Of a stretch of DNA of 64,000 nucleotides, positions 1 through 10,350 are shown one piece after another. The DNA is taken from NCBI GenBank assembly GCA_963829055.1, contig CAWHHI010000012.1, positions 288,001 through 352,000 on the forward strand. The letters are read 5' to 3'. The position numbers and the translations under genes are program-made. The notes under the pieces were generated by a model, which saw only the letters and a list, made by a program, of their open reading frames with translations, was not told where the DNA came from and ran no database searches. This stretch comes from an uncultured Gemmatimonadaceae bacterium. Its GTDB lineage: Bacteria > Gemmatimonadota > Gemmatimonadetes > Gemmatimonadales > Gemmatimonadaceae. Positions within the stretch are counted from its first letter, which is position 1; each line of letters begins with the position of its first letter.

Positions 1-235
1 GCAGCCCGCGAAAGGCAACGGTGTAGACGATCGTGCCGATGACCAGCAGGAACACACCGAGCGTCGACGCGATGTCGGCGATCAGGCTGCGAGCGTAACG
101 CATGCGCACGAACGCCACCGCGGCGCCGACCACGACGAACATGAACGCGAGCGTGGCGTACAGGCGCGACGGGTCGTACGCTGCCCCCGGCTCCTGGAAC
201 GCGGCCGCGACCAGCGCGGCGACGGGCATGGTCAC
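1..235 (-). CDS. Hypothetical membrane protein, 5' part only (runs off the window)
   Basis: Manual translation after the ubiD stop: MTMPVAALVAAAFQEPGAAYDPSRLYATLAFMFVVVGAAVAFVRMRYARSLIADIASTLGVFLLVIGTIVYTVAFRGL..., two hydrophobic segments. Confidence 0.6.
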   Translation of the reverse strand, partial: MTMPVAALVAAAFQEPGAAYDPSRLYATLAFMFVVVGAAVAFVRMRYARSLIADIASTLGVFLLVIGTIVYTVAFRGL

Positions 236-239
236 GCGG

Positions 240-1724
240 TCACCGGCGAGACCCGATGCCCAACTGCCCCCAGATGCCGTCAACGGTCGCGCGCGTCGTC
301 TCGTCCATCTCGATCACCTTCGGCCAGTTGCGGGTGAACCCTTCCTCGGGCCATTTACGCGTCGCGTCGATCCCCATCTTCGAGCCGTACGTGAATGCTC
401 GGCTCGAGTGATCGAGGACGTCGACAGGGCCCATCGTGAACCGCGTATCGCGCTCGGGGTCGATGTTGTTGAGCGCGACCCACCACGCCTCCTGCGGGTT
501 CCGCACGTTCACTTCCTTGTCGACGATCACGAGCACCTTCGCGAGCGACATCAGTCCTTGCCCCCACATGGCGTTCATCACCTTGTAGGCCTGGCCGGGA
601 TACTGCTTGTCGATCGAGACGAACACGAGATTGTGGAAGATGCCCTCCGCCGGCATGTGATAGTCGACGATCTCCGGGATCGTCAGCTTCAGCAGCGGGA
701 GGAAAATGCGCTCCGTTGCGTGTCCGAGATAGAAGTCCTCCATCGGTGGGCGGCCGACGATCGTAGACGAATACACCGGATTTCGCCGCATGGTGATCGC
801 GGTGATGTGGACTTGTGGGTAGAGATCAGCCTCGGAGTAGAAGCCGGTGTGGTCGCCGAAGGGTCCCTCCGTGACGAGCGGCTCGCGCGGATCGATGTAT
901 CCCTCCAGCACGAACTCCGCTTCCGCGGGCACCTCGAGATCACACGTGACCGCCTTCGCCAGCTGCACTGGCGCGCTGCGGAGAAAGCCGGCGAACAGGA
1001 ACTCGTCGACCGTCGGCGGCAGCGGTGCCGACGCCGAGTAGATGGACGCGGGATCGGCGCCGATCGCAATGCAGACGGGCATCGTTTCTCCACGCTCGGC
1101 CATCTCGCGCCAGTGCGCCGCGCCGACCTTGTGTCGCTGCCAGTGCATCGCGATGGTGCGTGGGCCGAGCACCTGCACGCGATACATGCCGACGTTCCGA
1201 ATGCCGCGCTTCGGATCGCGGGAGATCACCATGGGCAGCGTGATGTACGGCCCTCCATCCTCCGGCCAGCATGTCATGACCGGGATCTTGCGCAGATCCA
1301 CCTGATTGCCCTGCCAGATCACTTCCTGGCACGGCGGCGATCCCCCTTTCATTCGGGGAGGAAAGCGAGCCACCTCGAGCAGCCGGGGCACGAGCGACAG
1401 CTTGGCCACGAGACCATTCGGCACCTTGAGGTCCATGAGCTGCGTGATCCGCGCGCCGATGGCATCGAGATCGGTCACGCCGAGTGCGAGCGACATGCGC
1501 CGCATCGACCCGAACAGGTTGATGGCCACCGGGAAAGCCGAACGTGTCCCGTCATCGAGCACCACGTGTTCGAACAGCAGCGCCGGGCCGCCGCCCGGCA
1601 TTTTCATTGCGCGGTCGGAAATCTCGCACATCTCGAGGCGGGCGGCGACTGGATGCCTAACGCGTACGAGCTCGCCGATCCCTTCGATGGCGGCGATGAA
1701 GTCGGAGAGCGAATCGAGGCTCAT
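240..1724 (-). CDS. ubiD: UbiD-family (prFMN-dependent) decarboxylase, menaquinone-biosynthesis type
   Basis: EGPFGDHTGFY, GRPPMED, N-V-G-M-Y-R and GSKMGIDATRK motifs; start placed at MSLDSLSDF. Confidence 0.92.
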   Translation of the reverse strand: MSLDSLSDFIAAIEGIGELVRVRHPVAARLEMCEISDRAMKMPGGGPALLFEHVVLDDGTRSAFPVAINLFGSMRRMSLALGVTDLDAIGARITQLMDLKVPNGLVAKLSLVPRLLEVARFPPRMKGGSPPCQEVIWQGNQVDLRKIPVMTCWPEDGGPYITLPMVISRDPKRGIRNVGMYRVQVLGPRTIAMHWQRHKVGAAHWREMAERGETMPVCIAIGADPASIYSASAPLPPTVDEFLFAGFLRSAPVQLAKAVTCDLEVPAEAEFVLEGYIDPREPLVTEGPFGDHTGFYSEADLYPQVHITAITMRRNPVYSSTIVGRPPMEDFYLGHATERIFLPLLKLTIPEIVDYHMPAEGIFHNLVFVSIDKQYPGQAYKVMNAMWGQGLMSLAKVLVIVDKEVNVRNPQEAWWVALNNIDPERDTRFTMGPVDVLDHSSRAFTYGSKMGIDATRKWPEEGFTRNWPKVIEMDETTRATVDGIWGQLGIGSRR

Positions 1725-1752
1725 GTGGTCCGGGGACAGCGGTGAGCAGTCG

Positions 1753-2523
1753 CTACGATTTCGCATTGCGAGATAATGGTTTGTCGCCGGAGTGAATCGC
1801 CGCCACGCCGAGCGTCAACGATTCCCAGCGCACGTCGACGAAGCCGGCGTCGCGCATGGCCCCCGCAAGCGCTTCCTGCACCGGAAACCTGGCCACGGAT
1901 TCGGGAAGGTAGCGATACGCGGTGCGATGCCCGCTCACCACGCGGCCCACAGCCGGGAGCACGGCGTGGAAATACGCGTGGTACGCGCCCCGAACGATGG
2001 TCGAGCGCGGCGTCGAGAACTCGAGAATGACGAAGCGGCCGCCCGGCTCGAGAACCCGGTACACCTCTGACAGCGCGTCCGTCAGCGTGGCGACGTTGCG
2101 GATGCCGAACGCGACGATCGCGCCAGCGACGCTGTCACCGGCCAGCGGCAATTCCACGGCGTCAGCCGTAACGGGCGCCACGAGAACGCGAGGGGCCTTC
2201 GCCAGACCGGCGCGGAGCATGGGCTCGGCGAAGTCGGTTCCGAGCACCAGGCCTCGAAAGCCGCGGGTTCGTGACAGCTCCGCGGCGACATCCAGCGTGC
2301 CGGCGCAGAGGTCGACGAACACGCCGCCTGGCCGCCGAGTAGGATCGAGGATGGCAATCGCCCGACGCCGCCAGCGCCGGTCGATATTGAAGCTGAGCAG
2401 ATGGTTCAGCAGATCGTAGCGCGGCGCAATCTCCGAGAAGATGCGACGCACGTACGCGCGCTTCTCGGCACCACCGGCCGCAGCGGCGCGTGCTTCGGTC
2501 GTCTCGAGATCTATTGGTGGCAT
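1753..2523 (-). CDS. ubiE: Ubiquinone/menaquinone C-methyltransferase (UbiE/MenG)
   Basis: IAPRYDLLNHLLSF, DLCAGT, AFGIRNV, RVLEPGG, AYRYLPES motifs. Confidence 0.92.
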   Translation of the reverse strand: MPPIDLETTEARAAAAGGAEKRAYVRRIFSEIAPRYDLLNHLLSFNIDRRWRRRAIAILDPTRRPGGVFVDLCAGTLDVAAELSRTRGFRGLVLGTDFAEPMLRAGLAKAPRVLVAPVTADAVELPLAGDSVAGAIVAFGIRNVATLTDALSEVYRVLEPGGRFVILEFSTPRSTIVRGAYHAYFHAVLPAVGRVVSGHRTAYRYLPESVARFPVQEALAGAMRDAGFVDVRWESLTLGVAAIHSGDKPLSRNAKS

Positions 2524-2676
2524 TCGCTCGAAAGGTGGACGGCCACGCAAGGCCAATCAAGCGCCGTTGTCACGCAGTCGTCACCCCGCACGCTGGATTG
2601 GCGGACCAAGCATAAGTAGCTTCCTCGAATCGCCGGCGACGCTTCGACCTCTCGGGCTGCCGCCGTCGTCCCCTGC

Positions 2677-3285
2677 ATGGCGCCATCACTCGACTTAGCG
2701 ACTCTCCCGGATGCCGACGTCGTCACGCTCGCCCAGCAAGGGCGGGAGGCGGCGTTCCGGGAGCTTCTCCGTCGATACGAGCGTCCGGTTTTCTCCCTGA
2801 TTTTCCGTATGGTTCGTGACCGCGAGATCTCCGAGGATCTCGCGCAGGACACCTTCATCAAGGTGTTGAACCATATCGACCGGTACCGGCCGGAGTTCAA
2901 GCTCTCGAGCTGGCTGTTCAAGATCGCCAACAACGTCGCCATCGATTACCTGCGGAAGCGGCAGCTGGATACGGTCAGCATCGACGGGTCGCCGCACGCG
3001 TCCACCGCCTCCGAGGTCGAGGCGACGTCGTTCGACCTCGCCGCGCGCCAGGAGTCGGCGCTGGACGAGATGGAAGCGCGCGAGCTCGGGACCGCGATCG
3101 AGAGAGCCATCGCTCGGCTCCGGCCTGAGTACCGTTCGTGCATCATGCTCCGCCACGTGGAAGGCCGTTCGTACGAAGAGATTGCCGCGACGCTCGATCT
3201 GCCACTTGGCACCGTGAAGACCTACATCCATCGCGCACGCCACGAACTGCGAGAGGCGCTCGAGCACGTAAAGGGATCCGGGTAG
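2677..3285 (+). CDS. ECF sigma-70 factor, SigW-like
   Basis: Region 2 DLAQDTFIK...SSWLFKIANN; region 4 SYEEIAATLDLPLGTVKTYIHRAR. Confidence 0.93.
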   Translation: MAPSLDLATLPDADVVTLAQQGREAAFRELLRRYERPVFSLIFRMVRDREISEDLAQDTFIKVLNHIDRYRPEFKLSSWLFKIANNVAIDYLRKRQLDTVSIDGSPHASTASEVEATSFDLAARQESALDEMEARELGTAIERAIARLRPEYRSCIMLRHVEGRSYEEIAATLDLPLGTVKTYIHRARHELREALEHVKGSG

Positions 3286-3303
3286 CTGTGTCGCCGATCA
3301 CCC

Positions 3304-3330
3304 TGAAACCTCGTCACTTACCCGCCCGTA
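3304..3330 (+). promoter_or_regulatory. Putative ECF (SigW-type) promoter upstream of the anti-sigma gene
   Basis: TGAAAC-N17-CGTA, followed by GGAGG (3341-3345) and GTG start at 3350. Confidence 0.55.
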
Positions 3331-3349
3331 CGGCCCGGCTGGAGGATTT

Positions 3350-3934
3350 GTGAAACACAGGCACCTACTTCCCGACGAAATCGATCAGCTCCTCGACGGC
3401 GAGGCCGGATTCGGCCTCGCGCCGCTGCATGCGCACGTCGAGAGCTGTGCCGAATGTCGCGCCGAGCTGGCTGAGGCCCGACAAGTAGTGAGCGCGCTCG
3501 AGCGATTGCCTCACCTTGCCCCGTCACCGCACTTCAGCGACCGGGTAATGTCGCAGGTCCAGGTCTTCGAGCCCTGGCACGTCTCCGCCGCCGATAGCGC
3601 CAGGCGCTGGCTTCCAGCCTCCCGGTCGGCTCGTGCGATCGGCCTGGCGGCGGCCTCCGTGGTCGCGCTGGTGGTCTCGATTGGGGCGGTCTGGATGGCG
3701 GTCCGGTTGGACGCCTTCCTGTTCTTCTTCGATCTGGCGGGTCAGCGTGCTCGCGCCGCGATGTTCGACTCGGTGGGCGGTGCCATCGCGAACACGTTCG
3801 GCGCGACCGCGGTCGATGCGCTTCGAGCCGGCGGGATGACCGCTGCGCTCGGGGTTACCGGATTCCTCGCATTGGTCATTCTGGCGGCGTTCGGCCTTCG
3901 GGCGCTCGTCGCTACCCGCCGCCGTCGGACCTGA
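3350..3934 (+). CDS. Zinc-binding anti-sigma factor (ZAS) with transmembrane helices
   Basis: HVESCAEC (HxxxCxxC) motif, hydrophobic C-terminal helices, directly after the ECF sigma gene. Confidence 0.85.
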   Translation: MKHRHLLPDEIDQLLDGEAGFGLAPLHAHVESCAECRAELAEARQVVSALERLPHLAPSPHFSDRVMSQVQVFEPWHVSAADSARRWLPASRSARAIGLAAASVVALVVSIGAVWMAVRLDAFLFFFDLAGQRARAAMFDSVGGAIANTFGATAVDALRAGGMTAALGVTGFLALVILAAFGLRALVATRRRRT

Positions 3935-3936
3935 CA

Positions 3937-5157
3937 ATGCGTGCAGCGATTCTGGCGCTGATCCTCGCGGTCCCTCGGGTGCCGCTGATGGCTCAGCAGG
4001 CCAAGGCCATCCCGGCTCCGCCAGCGAGCCCGACACCCGCGTCTGCGCCAGCGCAGTCTGCCACCGCCGCCACGTCAGCGCCGCGAGTCGTCGAGGCGCC
4101 TGGACCCCAGGCGCAGCCTCTCTCGGCAGCGGCTATCGATTCACTGCGTGAGTTGGTGAACAAGGCCCGCAGGGATCCGGACGTCGGGGCGTTGCCCGGG
4201 AACGATGACGTTGCGATGGGAGGCCGAACCATTGCCGCGAACACCCAAGCTGCCGGCCCCATCGCCGTCGCTGGTGGGCCGCTGCACGTGTTCGGCACCA
4301 TCAACGGCGATGCGATGGCGATCGGCAGCGACGTGATCATTCACCCCGGTGGCCGCATCACGGGCAACGCCGTGTCCGCGTTAGGCAAGGTGACGCTGCT
4401 GGCGGGCGGAACCGTCGACGGCGAGATGCGCCAGCTGGCGGGCCCGTTGGGCAGGGTGTCCACGGCGACCGCGGTCGCCGCGAGTCCGATGACCGCGACA
4501 CGGAACGCACTGGCGCTGTCGTCGAGCTGGTTGGTCATCCTCGTGCTCATCGGCATTGGCGTCCTCGTGTTCGCCGGCAACTATCTCGAAGGTGTCGTCG
4601 AGTCCCTCGAGGGCCGGTTCGGGCGATCGTTCTGGGCGGGCATCGCCGCACAGCTCGCGCTCGCGCCCGCGCTCGCGCTACTCGTCGTTGCGCTTGCCGT
4701 CACGATACTCGGCGTTCTCCTCATTCCGTTCGCGATCGTCGCGTTCATTCTCGCGGTCGCGGGCCTCGTCACGCTCGGGTTCCTGGCCGTGGCCTGTATC
4801 ACGGGCGAGTCGATCTCGCCAGGTGCGAGCAAGAAGTACCACGCGCGCGGCGCAGCGTTACGCGGATTGGTGGTCGGCGTGACGCTGTACATGGGCCTCT
4901 GGGTTCTGGCGTCCGCATTCGCGTGGGCGCCGATGATCGAGACTGTGCTCCGCGGAGTCGCCGTGGCGATCACATGGGTCGCCGCAACCGCCGGTCTCGG
5001 CGCCGCGGTGCTCTCGCGCGGTGGCACCCGGCGTTCGCTCTCGGTGCCCGAGGTACTCGCGCCAGTAAACGACGTGCCTTGGCAGACGCCAACTCCGGTC
5101 ACAGGCGTCGTCGCGGCGCGCCGGCCAACGCCATCGTCGACGGCCCGCGAGCGATGA
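3937..5157 (+). CDS. Membrane protein with N-terminal bactofilin-like beta-helix repeats
   Basis: Signal peptide, G-x-I/V-x-G-D/N repeats (GTINGDA, GRITGNA, GTVDGEM), several C-terminal TM segments. Confidence 0.7.
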   Translation: MRAAILALILAVPRVPLMAQQAKAIPAPPASPTPASAPAQSATAATSAPRVVEAPGPQAQPLSAAAIDSLRELVNKARRDPDVGALPGNDDVAMGGRTIAANTQAAGPIAVAGGPLHVFGTINGDAMAIGSDVIIHPGGRITGNAVSALGKVTLLAGGTVDGEMRQLAGPLGRVSTATAVAASPMTATRNALALSSSWLVILVLIGIGVLVFAGNYLEGVVESLEGRFGRSFWAGIAAQLALAPALALLVVALAVTILGVLLIPFAIVAFILAVAGLVTLGFLAVACITGESISPGASKKYHARGAALRGLVVGVTLYMGLWVLASAFAWAPMIETVLRGVAVAITWVAATAGLGAAVLSRGGTRRSLSVPEVLAPVNDVPWQTPTPVTGVVAARRPTPSSTARER

Positions 5158-6009
5158 GGCTGCGCTCGCCGTGTTTCGCCGGCGTCGTGCTCGGGACGTT
5201 CGTCGGCGCTCTCCCCGTTGCCGCTCAGAACTGGCGCACACTGGATGTCTCGCGCCAGCTCGCGGACTCGACGGCCGCGGCGGTTCGCGTCGTGTATGGC
5301 ACGGGAACGTTCGGCCTTCGCGGCACGGCGAGCCCTCTGCTGTATCACATGCAGCTGCGCTATGACCGCGAACGCACGAAGCCGCGCCACACGTTCAACC
5401 CTTCGACTCGGGAACTGCAGATCGGCGTCGACAAATCCGATATGCGATTCACCGGTCGTGGTGACGAATGAGCAGGCGCACCTGCAGCTCGAGCTCTCGC
5501 GCACGACGCCAATGGATCTATCGCTCGATCTGGGTGCCGTCGAAGCCGATCTCGATCTCACCGGGTTACGCCTGTCGCGCTTCCACATCGAGTCGGGCGC
5601 GAGCGACGGAAAAATCCGCTTCGACTCGCTGAACGCGACGCGCATGAGCGCGCTCGACGTCTCGCTCGGCGCAGCCAGCTTTCGCGCTGAACGGCTCGCG
5701 AACGCGAACACGCCGTCGATTCGCGTCGACGCGGGAGTGGGCAACGTCGAGCTCGACATGAGCGGCCAGTGGACGCAGGATGTCGAGCTCCGTGTCGAGG
5801 TCGCGCTGGGATTCGTGACGATCCACGTGCCGGCCGACGTTGGCGTGCGTGTAACGCTGGAGAAGACGTTCGCGTCGTTCGACCACGAAGGCCTCGTCGA
5901 GCGCGACGGCGCCTGGGTGTCGCGCAACTGGGAAACCGCCCCTCACAAGCTGCGGGTATCAGCCGAGACCGTCTTCGGAAAGCTGAGCATCGACAGGACT
6001 GGTCGATAA
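5154..6009 (+). CDS. Secreted LiaF/DUF2154 (toast-rack) type protein, frameshifted near 5465
   Basis: ATGA overlap with upstream gene; N-terminal frame MRLRSPCFAG...FTGRGDE continues in another frame with LDLGAVEADLDLTGL, VDAGVGNVELDMSG repeats. Confidence 0.65.
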
Positions 6010-6072
6010 AGCCAGACCGCCACGCGCGCACACCGTTTGCCCTTGGTACGCTCCACACGCTTGGAGCGGCAC

Positions 6073-7029
6073 ATGGTGGTGATGGGGTACAAGGTCCAGC
6101 CTCTCGTGAAAAGGGCGCTCACGGAGATCATGGATGACAACCTGCTCGGGCTCTCGGCGCAGACAGCGTACTACTTCTTTTTCTCGCTGTTCCCGATGCT
6201 CCTGTTCGTCGCTCCGCTGCTGAGCCTCGTCGGGAACAAGCAGGAAACGTTCGGCCTCCTCGCCGGACAACTCCAACAAGTAGTGCCGAGCGAGGGCTGG
6301 TCGCTCATCGGTGGCGTGATCACCGACGTCGTGTACGCGAAGAATGCCCCTGGCCTCATGTCCGTGGGCGCGCTACTCGCGATCTGGGCTGGCTCCAACG
6401 TTTTCAGCGCGTTGATCGACGCGTTGAACGCTGCGTACGACGTCAAGGACACGCGCCCGTGGTGGAAGAAGAAGCTGATCGCGATGGCAAGTGTGCTCGT
6501 CACCGGCCTCATCCTGCTCGTGGCGACCGTACTGATTCTCGGCGGTGATACTCTGGCGGACTTCGTCGCCGACCGACTCGCGTTCGGGGCGACGGCGCGC
6601 GCTGCGTGGACGTACCTGCAGATGCCGATCGCGTTCGCGATGCTCGTGGCGATCGCGGCACTCTCGTATTACTTCCTGCCGAACCTCCGCCAGAGCAAGC
6701 GGCAGGTACTCGTTGGTGCCGTCTTCACGACCATGGCCTGGGCGGTCGTAACGTTCGCGTTCCGTGCCTACGTGACGAATTTCGCGAACTACAACGCCAC
6801 CTACGGCGCCATCGGTGGGGTGATCGTTCTCCTCACGTGGATGTACTTCTCGATGCTGGTGTTTCTGATCGGCGGCGAGATCAACGCCGAGCTGCATCAA
6901 GGCACGGGGGCGGTGGCGTCTCGACCGGGGTTGATGTACGGCGGCCGTATCGAAACCGGGACAGCGGCGGGCGTATCGTCCGTGGAACGCGTGGAGCGCG
7001 TCGAGCCGTTAGGCGCGCGGCGGACGTAG
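6073..7029 (+). CDS. YihY/virulence factor BrkB family membrane protein
   Basis: SAQTAYYFFFSLFP, ALNAAYDV, YNATYGAIGGVIVLLTWMY, GGEINA motifs; GGAG RBS before ATG 6073. Confidence 0.92.
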   Translation: MVVMGYKVQPLVKRALTEIMDDNLLGLSAQTAYYFFFSLFPMLLFVAPLLSLVGNKQETFGLLAGQLQQVVPSEGWSLIGGVITDVVYAKNAPGLMSVGALLAIWAGSNVFSALIDALNAAYDVKDTRPWWKKKLIAMASVLVTGLILLVATVLILGGDTLADFVADRLAFGATARAAWTYLQMPIAFAMLVAIAALSYYFLPNLRQSKRQVLVGAVFTTMAWAVVTFAFRAYVTNFANYNATYGAIGGVIVLLTWMYFSMLVFLIGGEINAELHQGTGAVASRPGLMYGGRIETGTAAGVSSVERVERVEPLGARRT

Positions 7030-7764
7030 CACGACAGGAGTGCCGCGCGCGATGACCAGAGCGCGCGCGGCACTCCCGTCACGCTGCGCCACCTCGACGA
7101 ACCCGCTCGACCCCACGAGCGCCACCAGCTGTCCGACGGGCGTGTCCGCGTATGTCCTCATGATCGGCAGCACGCGACCACTGATCTCGACGCTTCCGCC
7201 TCGCGGCGCGATGAGATTACTGATCGCGTTTCCGAAGCGATCGATCGCGATCACTTCGCCGATGACCGACCCGTTGTCGCCTCGACGTGCTTCGGGTGTT
7301 CGACGAATCACCGGATCGAGGCACGCGGCACCGAGCGTGTCGATCGACATGCCGCCGACGAGACTCGCGGCCGCAGGCGCAAAGACATCACGCCCGTGAA
7401 ACGTGGGAGCGGCGAGTGCCGGCACGCGTAACGACACGGCGCGGGATCCACCCGCGAGCAGTGACGGGCTGAGAACACCGTTGTCGGGACCGACGAGGAA
7501 ACGGCCTTCGCTGCTCACCGCGAGCGCAGCACGTGCCGACCCGACACCGGGGTCGACGACCACGACGTGCACCGTTCCCGCTGGAAATCGGCGCCAGTAC
7601 CGCGCGACCGCGAGGCGCGCCGTCTCGATGTCCTGGGGCGGAATGTCGTGCGAGAGGTCGACCACTACGGCATCCGGTGCCGTCGATGCGAGTACGCCCT
7701 TGATCTCGGCGACATAGCCGTCGGCGGTGCCGAAGTCGGTGAGAAGCGTGATGGTCGGCCGCAT
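7009..7764 (-). CDS. SAM hydroxide adenosyltransferase (DUF62, chlorinase/fluorinase superfamily)
   Basis: ITLLTDFG, VVDPGVGS, GPDNG, TFHGRDVFAP, IDRFGN motifs. Confidence 0.9.
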   Translation of the reverse strand: MRPTITLLTDFGTADGYVAEIKGVLASTAPDAVVVDLSHDIPPQDIETARLAVARYWRRFPAGTVHVVVVDPGVGSARAALAVSSEGRFLVGPDNGVLSPSLLAGGSRAVSLRVPALAAPTFHGRDVFAPAAASLVGGMSIDTLGAACLDPVIRRTPEARRGDNGSVIGEVIAIDRFGNAISNLIAPRGGSVEISGRVLPIMRTYADTPVGQLVALVGSSGFVEVAQRDGSAARALVIARGTPVVLRPPRA

Positions 7765-7767
7765 GCG

Positions 7768-9210
7768 CTACACGGATTTGCGCTTCCAGCCGCCGGCGCG
7801 CCAGAGGGCAATCATCGCCACGCCGCGCGCCGCCGCCGTCAGCGAGATGGTCCACCAGATACCGTCGACGCCCCAGCGTTCCGCCGCCCACCATGCAAGG
7901 GGAATGCGCAACACCGTGAGCGTCGTCGATGTCAGCATGGGCGGAATGGTGTGGCCTGCCCCGCCAAGCGCGCCCTCCAGCACTATCTCGGCGCATACCG
8001 TGAGATCAGCGATCGCGCCGATGCGCAGGTAGCGGGCGGCGACGTCGACGACTGCGGGGTCCGACGTGAAGAGCCCAGCCAGCTGTGCCGGAATGAGCAG
8101 CGCCGCCACGGCCGCGACACAGGCCGGGCCAGTCGCGTACCCCAGGGTGACCCATCCTGCTCGCTCGGCGCGATCTGGCCGCCCCGCGCCCAGGTTCTGG
8201 CCGACGATCGCGGCGGCAGCCGCGCCGAAGCCGACACCAATCGTGTACAACCAGCTCTCTACGCGGTGTCCCAGACCTAACGCGGCAAGCGCTGGGGTTC
8301 CGAACTGCGTGGTGGTGCGCGTCAGGGCGACGTAAATGAGCGAGAACATGATGCCTGTCAGCGCCGTGGGCAGCCCGACGCGCGCGATCGATGCGATCGT
8401 CGGCCAGGTCACTCGTCGTACGCGCATCAACCCGCGCTGAGCGAGGATCACAACGCCGGCAATGAAGGCGCCACTGCGCGTCAGGAGCAACGCGATCGCG
8501 GCGCCGGCGATCCCGAGCTTCGGCGCGCCCCACAGGCCGAGGATCAACACCGGGTCGAGCGTCAGCGTGCACAGCGTGGACACGAGCAGCAACACGAACG
8601 GCGTGCGCGTGTCGCCCGACGCCCGGAACGCGGCGTCGACGGCGAAGTAGCCGTAGATGAGCGGCGCGCCCATCAAGTAGATCCTGAGGTAGTCGCGCCC
8701 GAGCGCCGTAACCTCTGGCGGCGTCTGCATGACGGCGAACAGACGTTCCACGTTCAGGGCACCCACGATGCCGATCACCGCGCCTAACGCGACCGAGAAA
8801 ACCACGGCCTCGCCCACGATGCGCGCCGCTTCCGCTGGCCGACGCTCGCCGTGCCGGCGCGCCGCGACCGCCGTCAGTCCCACACTCACCATCTCGGCGA
8901 GTGCTATGACCATCCAGATCCAGAACACTGCCGTGGACACGGCCGCGAGACCGCTCGCACCGATTCGAGTGCCAACCCAGAAGGCGTCGACAGAGGCGAA
9001 CACCGTCATCAGCACGTTCGACGCGACCGCCGGCAAGGCGAGACGGCGGATCACGACGGCCAGCGGATCTCGCACGACGCTCGACGCAGCCGCGGGACCG
9101 TTCAGCGAGACGGTCGCGGCGCCATCGTGAGCCTCGAACGGCAACGCGGCCGACGGAGTCATCTCCGGCGGCCGCGCGACTTCATCCTGTCGAAGCTCGC
9201 GCCTCGTCAC
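7768..9210 (-). CDS. MATE family efflux transporter
   Basis: About 12 TM segments; RASGDTRTP, LGIAGAAIA, VGQNLGAG motifs. Confidence 0.92.
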   Translation of the reverse strand: MTRRELRQDEVARPPEMTPSAALPFEAHDGAATVSLNGPAAASSVVRDPLAVVIRRLALPAVASNVLMTVFASVDAFWVGTRIGASGLAAVSTAVFWIWMVIALAEMVSVGLTAVAARRHGERRPAEAARIVGEAVVFSVALGAVIGIVGALNVERLFAVMQTPPEVTALGRDYLRIYLMGAPLIYGYFAVDAAFRASGDTRTPFVLLLVSTLCTLTLDPVLILGLWGAPKLGIAGAAIALLLTRSGAFIAGVVILAQRGLMRVRRVTWPTIASIARVGLPTALTGIMFSLIYVALTRTTTQFGTPALAALGLGHRVESWLYTIGVGFGAAAAAIVGQNLGAGRPDRAERAGWVTLGYATGPACVAAVAALLIPAQLAGLFTSDPAVVDVAARYLRIGAIADLTVCAEIVLEGALGGAGHTIPPMLTSTTLTVLRIPLAWWAAERWGVDGIWWTISLTAAARGVAMIALWRAGGWKRKSV

Positions 9211-10343
9211 CGCTCGGCAGTCGCTACCAGCGCCGCTGCAACACGCTCGGCCAGTGCCCGGAGCGCTCGAGAGGCCGAGGATTCCGGCTCGGCAACGATG
9301 ATCGGCGTACCGCGATCTCCACCTTCGTGCACGCGTGGATCCAGCGGAATCTCGCCGAGCAGCGGAAGCTCCAACTCATCCGCCAGCCGCTTCCCGCCGC
9401 CAGTGCCGAAGATCGCAGTCGGCTTACCACAGTGAGGACACTCGAACCAGCTCATGTTCTCGACGATCCCCAGCACGGGAACATTCACGCGCTGGAACAT
9501 CTTCGCGCCGCGGAGCGCGTCGCCCGTCGAGACGTCCTGCGGCGTGGTCACGATGATCGCGCCATGGACGTGCGTCGCCTGAACGAGCGAGAGTTGTGCG
9601 TCACCGGTGCCTGGTGGCATGTCGACCAGGAAGTAGTCGAGCTGTCCCCATGCCACATCACGCAGGAACTGCGTGACGATCTTCATGACGATGGGACCGC
9701 GCCAGATGGCCGGCTGATCCCGCTCGATGAGAAAACCCAGGCTGATCAGCTTCACCCCGTGCGCTTCCAGGGGGATGATCTTTTCGTCGACGACGGGTGG
9801 CGGTGCGTTCACGCCCATCATACGGGGCACGTTAGGCCCGTAGACATCCGCGTCCATGAGGCCGACGCGCGCTCCCGTAGCCGCGAGGGCGACCGCGAGA
9901 TTGGTCGCCACAGTCGACTTGCCGACGCCGCCCTTGCCGCTCGACACCGCGATGATGCGTCCGAGCGCCGGGTACGAAACAGGCGTGGGCGCCGACGGGC
10001 GCGGCGCAGCAGCAGGCGCCGCGTTCATGACGGGAAGCGCACGCGCCGACGGCGCCGCAGGCGGCGGCGCGTGCTTCGCGGCGGGGCGGGCGTTCGATTC
10101 GGACGCGTCCTTCACGTCGACGAGCACGTCGACGACGCCGTCGACACTGGCAATCGCCTCGCGAACGTCTCGCACGAGCGTGGCCGGATCGCTCGGCGAC
10201 AGGAGCATCGTTAGGCGTACCTTGCCGGTCGTGGTCGTCGCGATGTCGCGGACCATCTCGGCAACCAGCACATTGAGCCCGGTACGCGGGTTGATCACCG
10301 TCGCGAGCGCGTTGGCGATCCCTTCCTGAAGGGTCTGACTCAT
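9207..10343 (-). CDS. apbC: Mrp/NBP35 (ApbC) Fe-S cluster carrier ATPase
   Basis: SGKGGVGKST, DADVYGP, DMPPGTGD, ENMS..CPHC. Confidence 0.93.
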   Translation of the reverse strand: MSQTLQEGIANALATVINPRTGLNVLVAEMVRDIATTTTGKVRLTMLLSPSDPATLVRDVREAIASVDGVVDVLVDVKDASESNARPAAKHAPPPAAPSARALPVMNAAPAAAPRPSAPTPVSYPALGRIIAVSSGKGGVGKSTVATNLAVALAATGARVGLMDADVYGPNVPRMMGVNAPPPVVDEKIIPLEAHGVKLISLGFLIERDQPAIWRGPIVMKIVTQFLRDVAWGQLDYFLVDMPPGTGDAQLSLVQATHVHGAIIVTTPQDVSTGDALRGAKMFQRVNVPVLGIVENMSWFECPHCGKPTAIFGTGGGKRLADELELPLLGEIPLDPRVHEGGDRGTPIIVAEPESSASRALRALAERVAAALVATAER

Positions 10344-10350
10344 CGAGCGA

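Noticed and set aside
102..1745. Long + strand ORF (547 aa) and similar antisense ORFs (13410-14777, 17135-18352, 33601-34425)
   Set aside because: Antisense shadows of well-supported genes, expected in GC-rich DNA; no motifs
7009..7764. Possible fluorinase/chlorinase
   Set aside because: TFHGRD is the SAM hydrolase (DUF62) signature, and there is no biosynthetic cluster nearby
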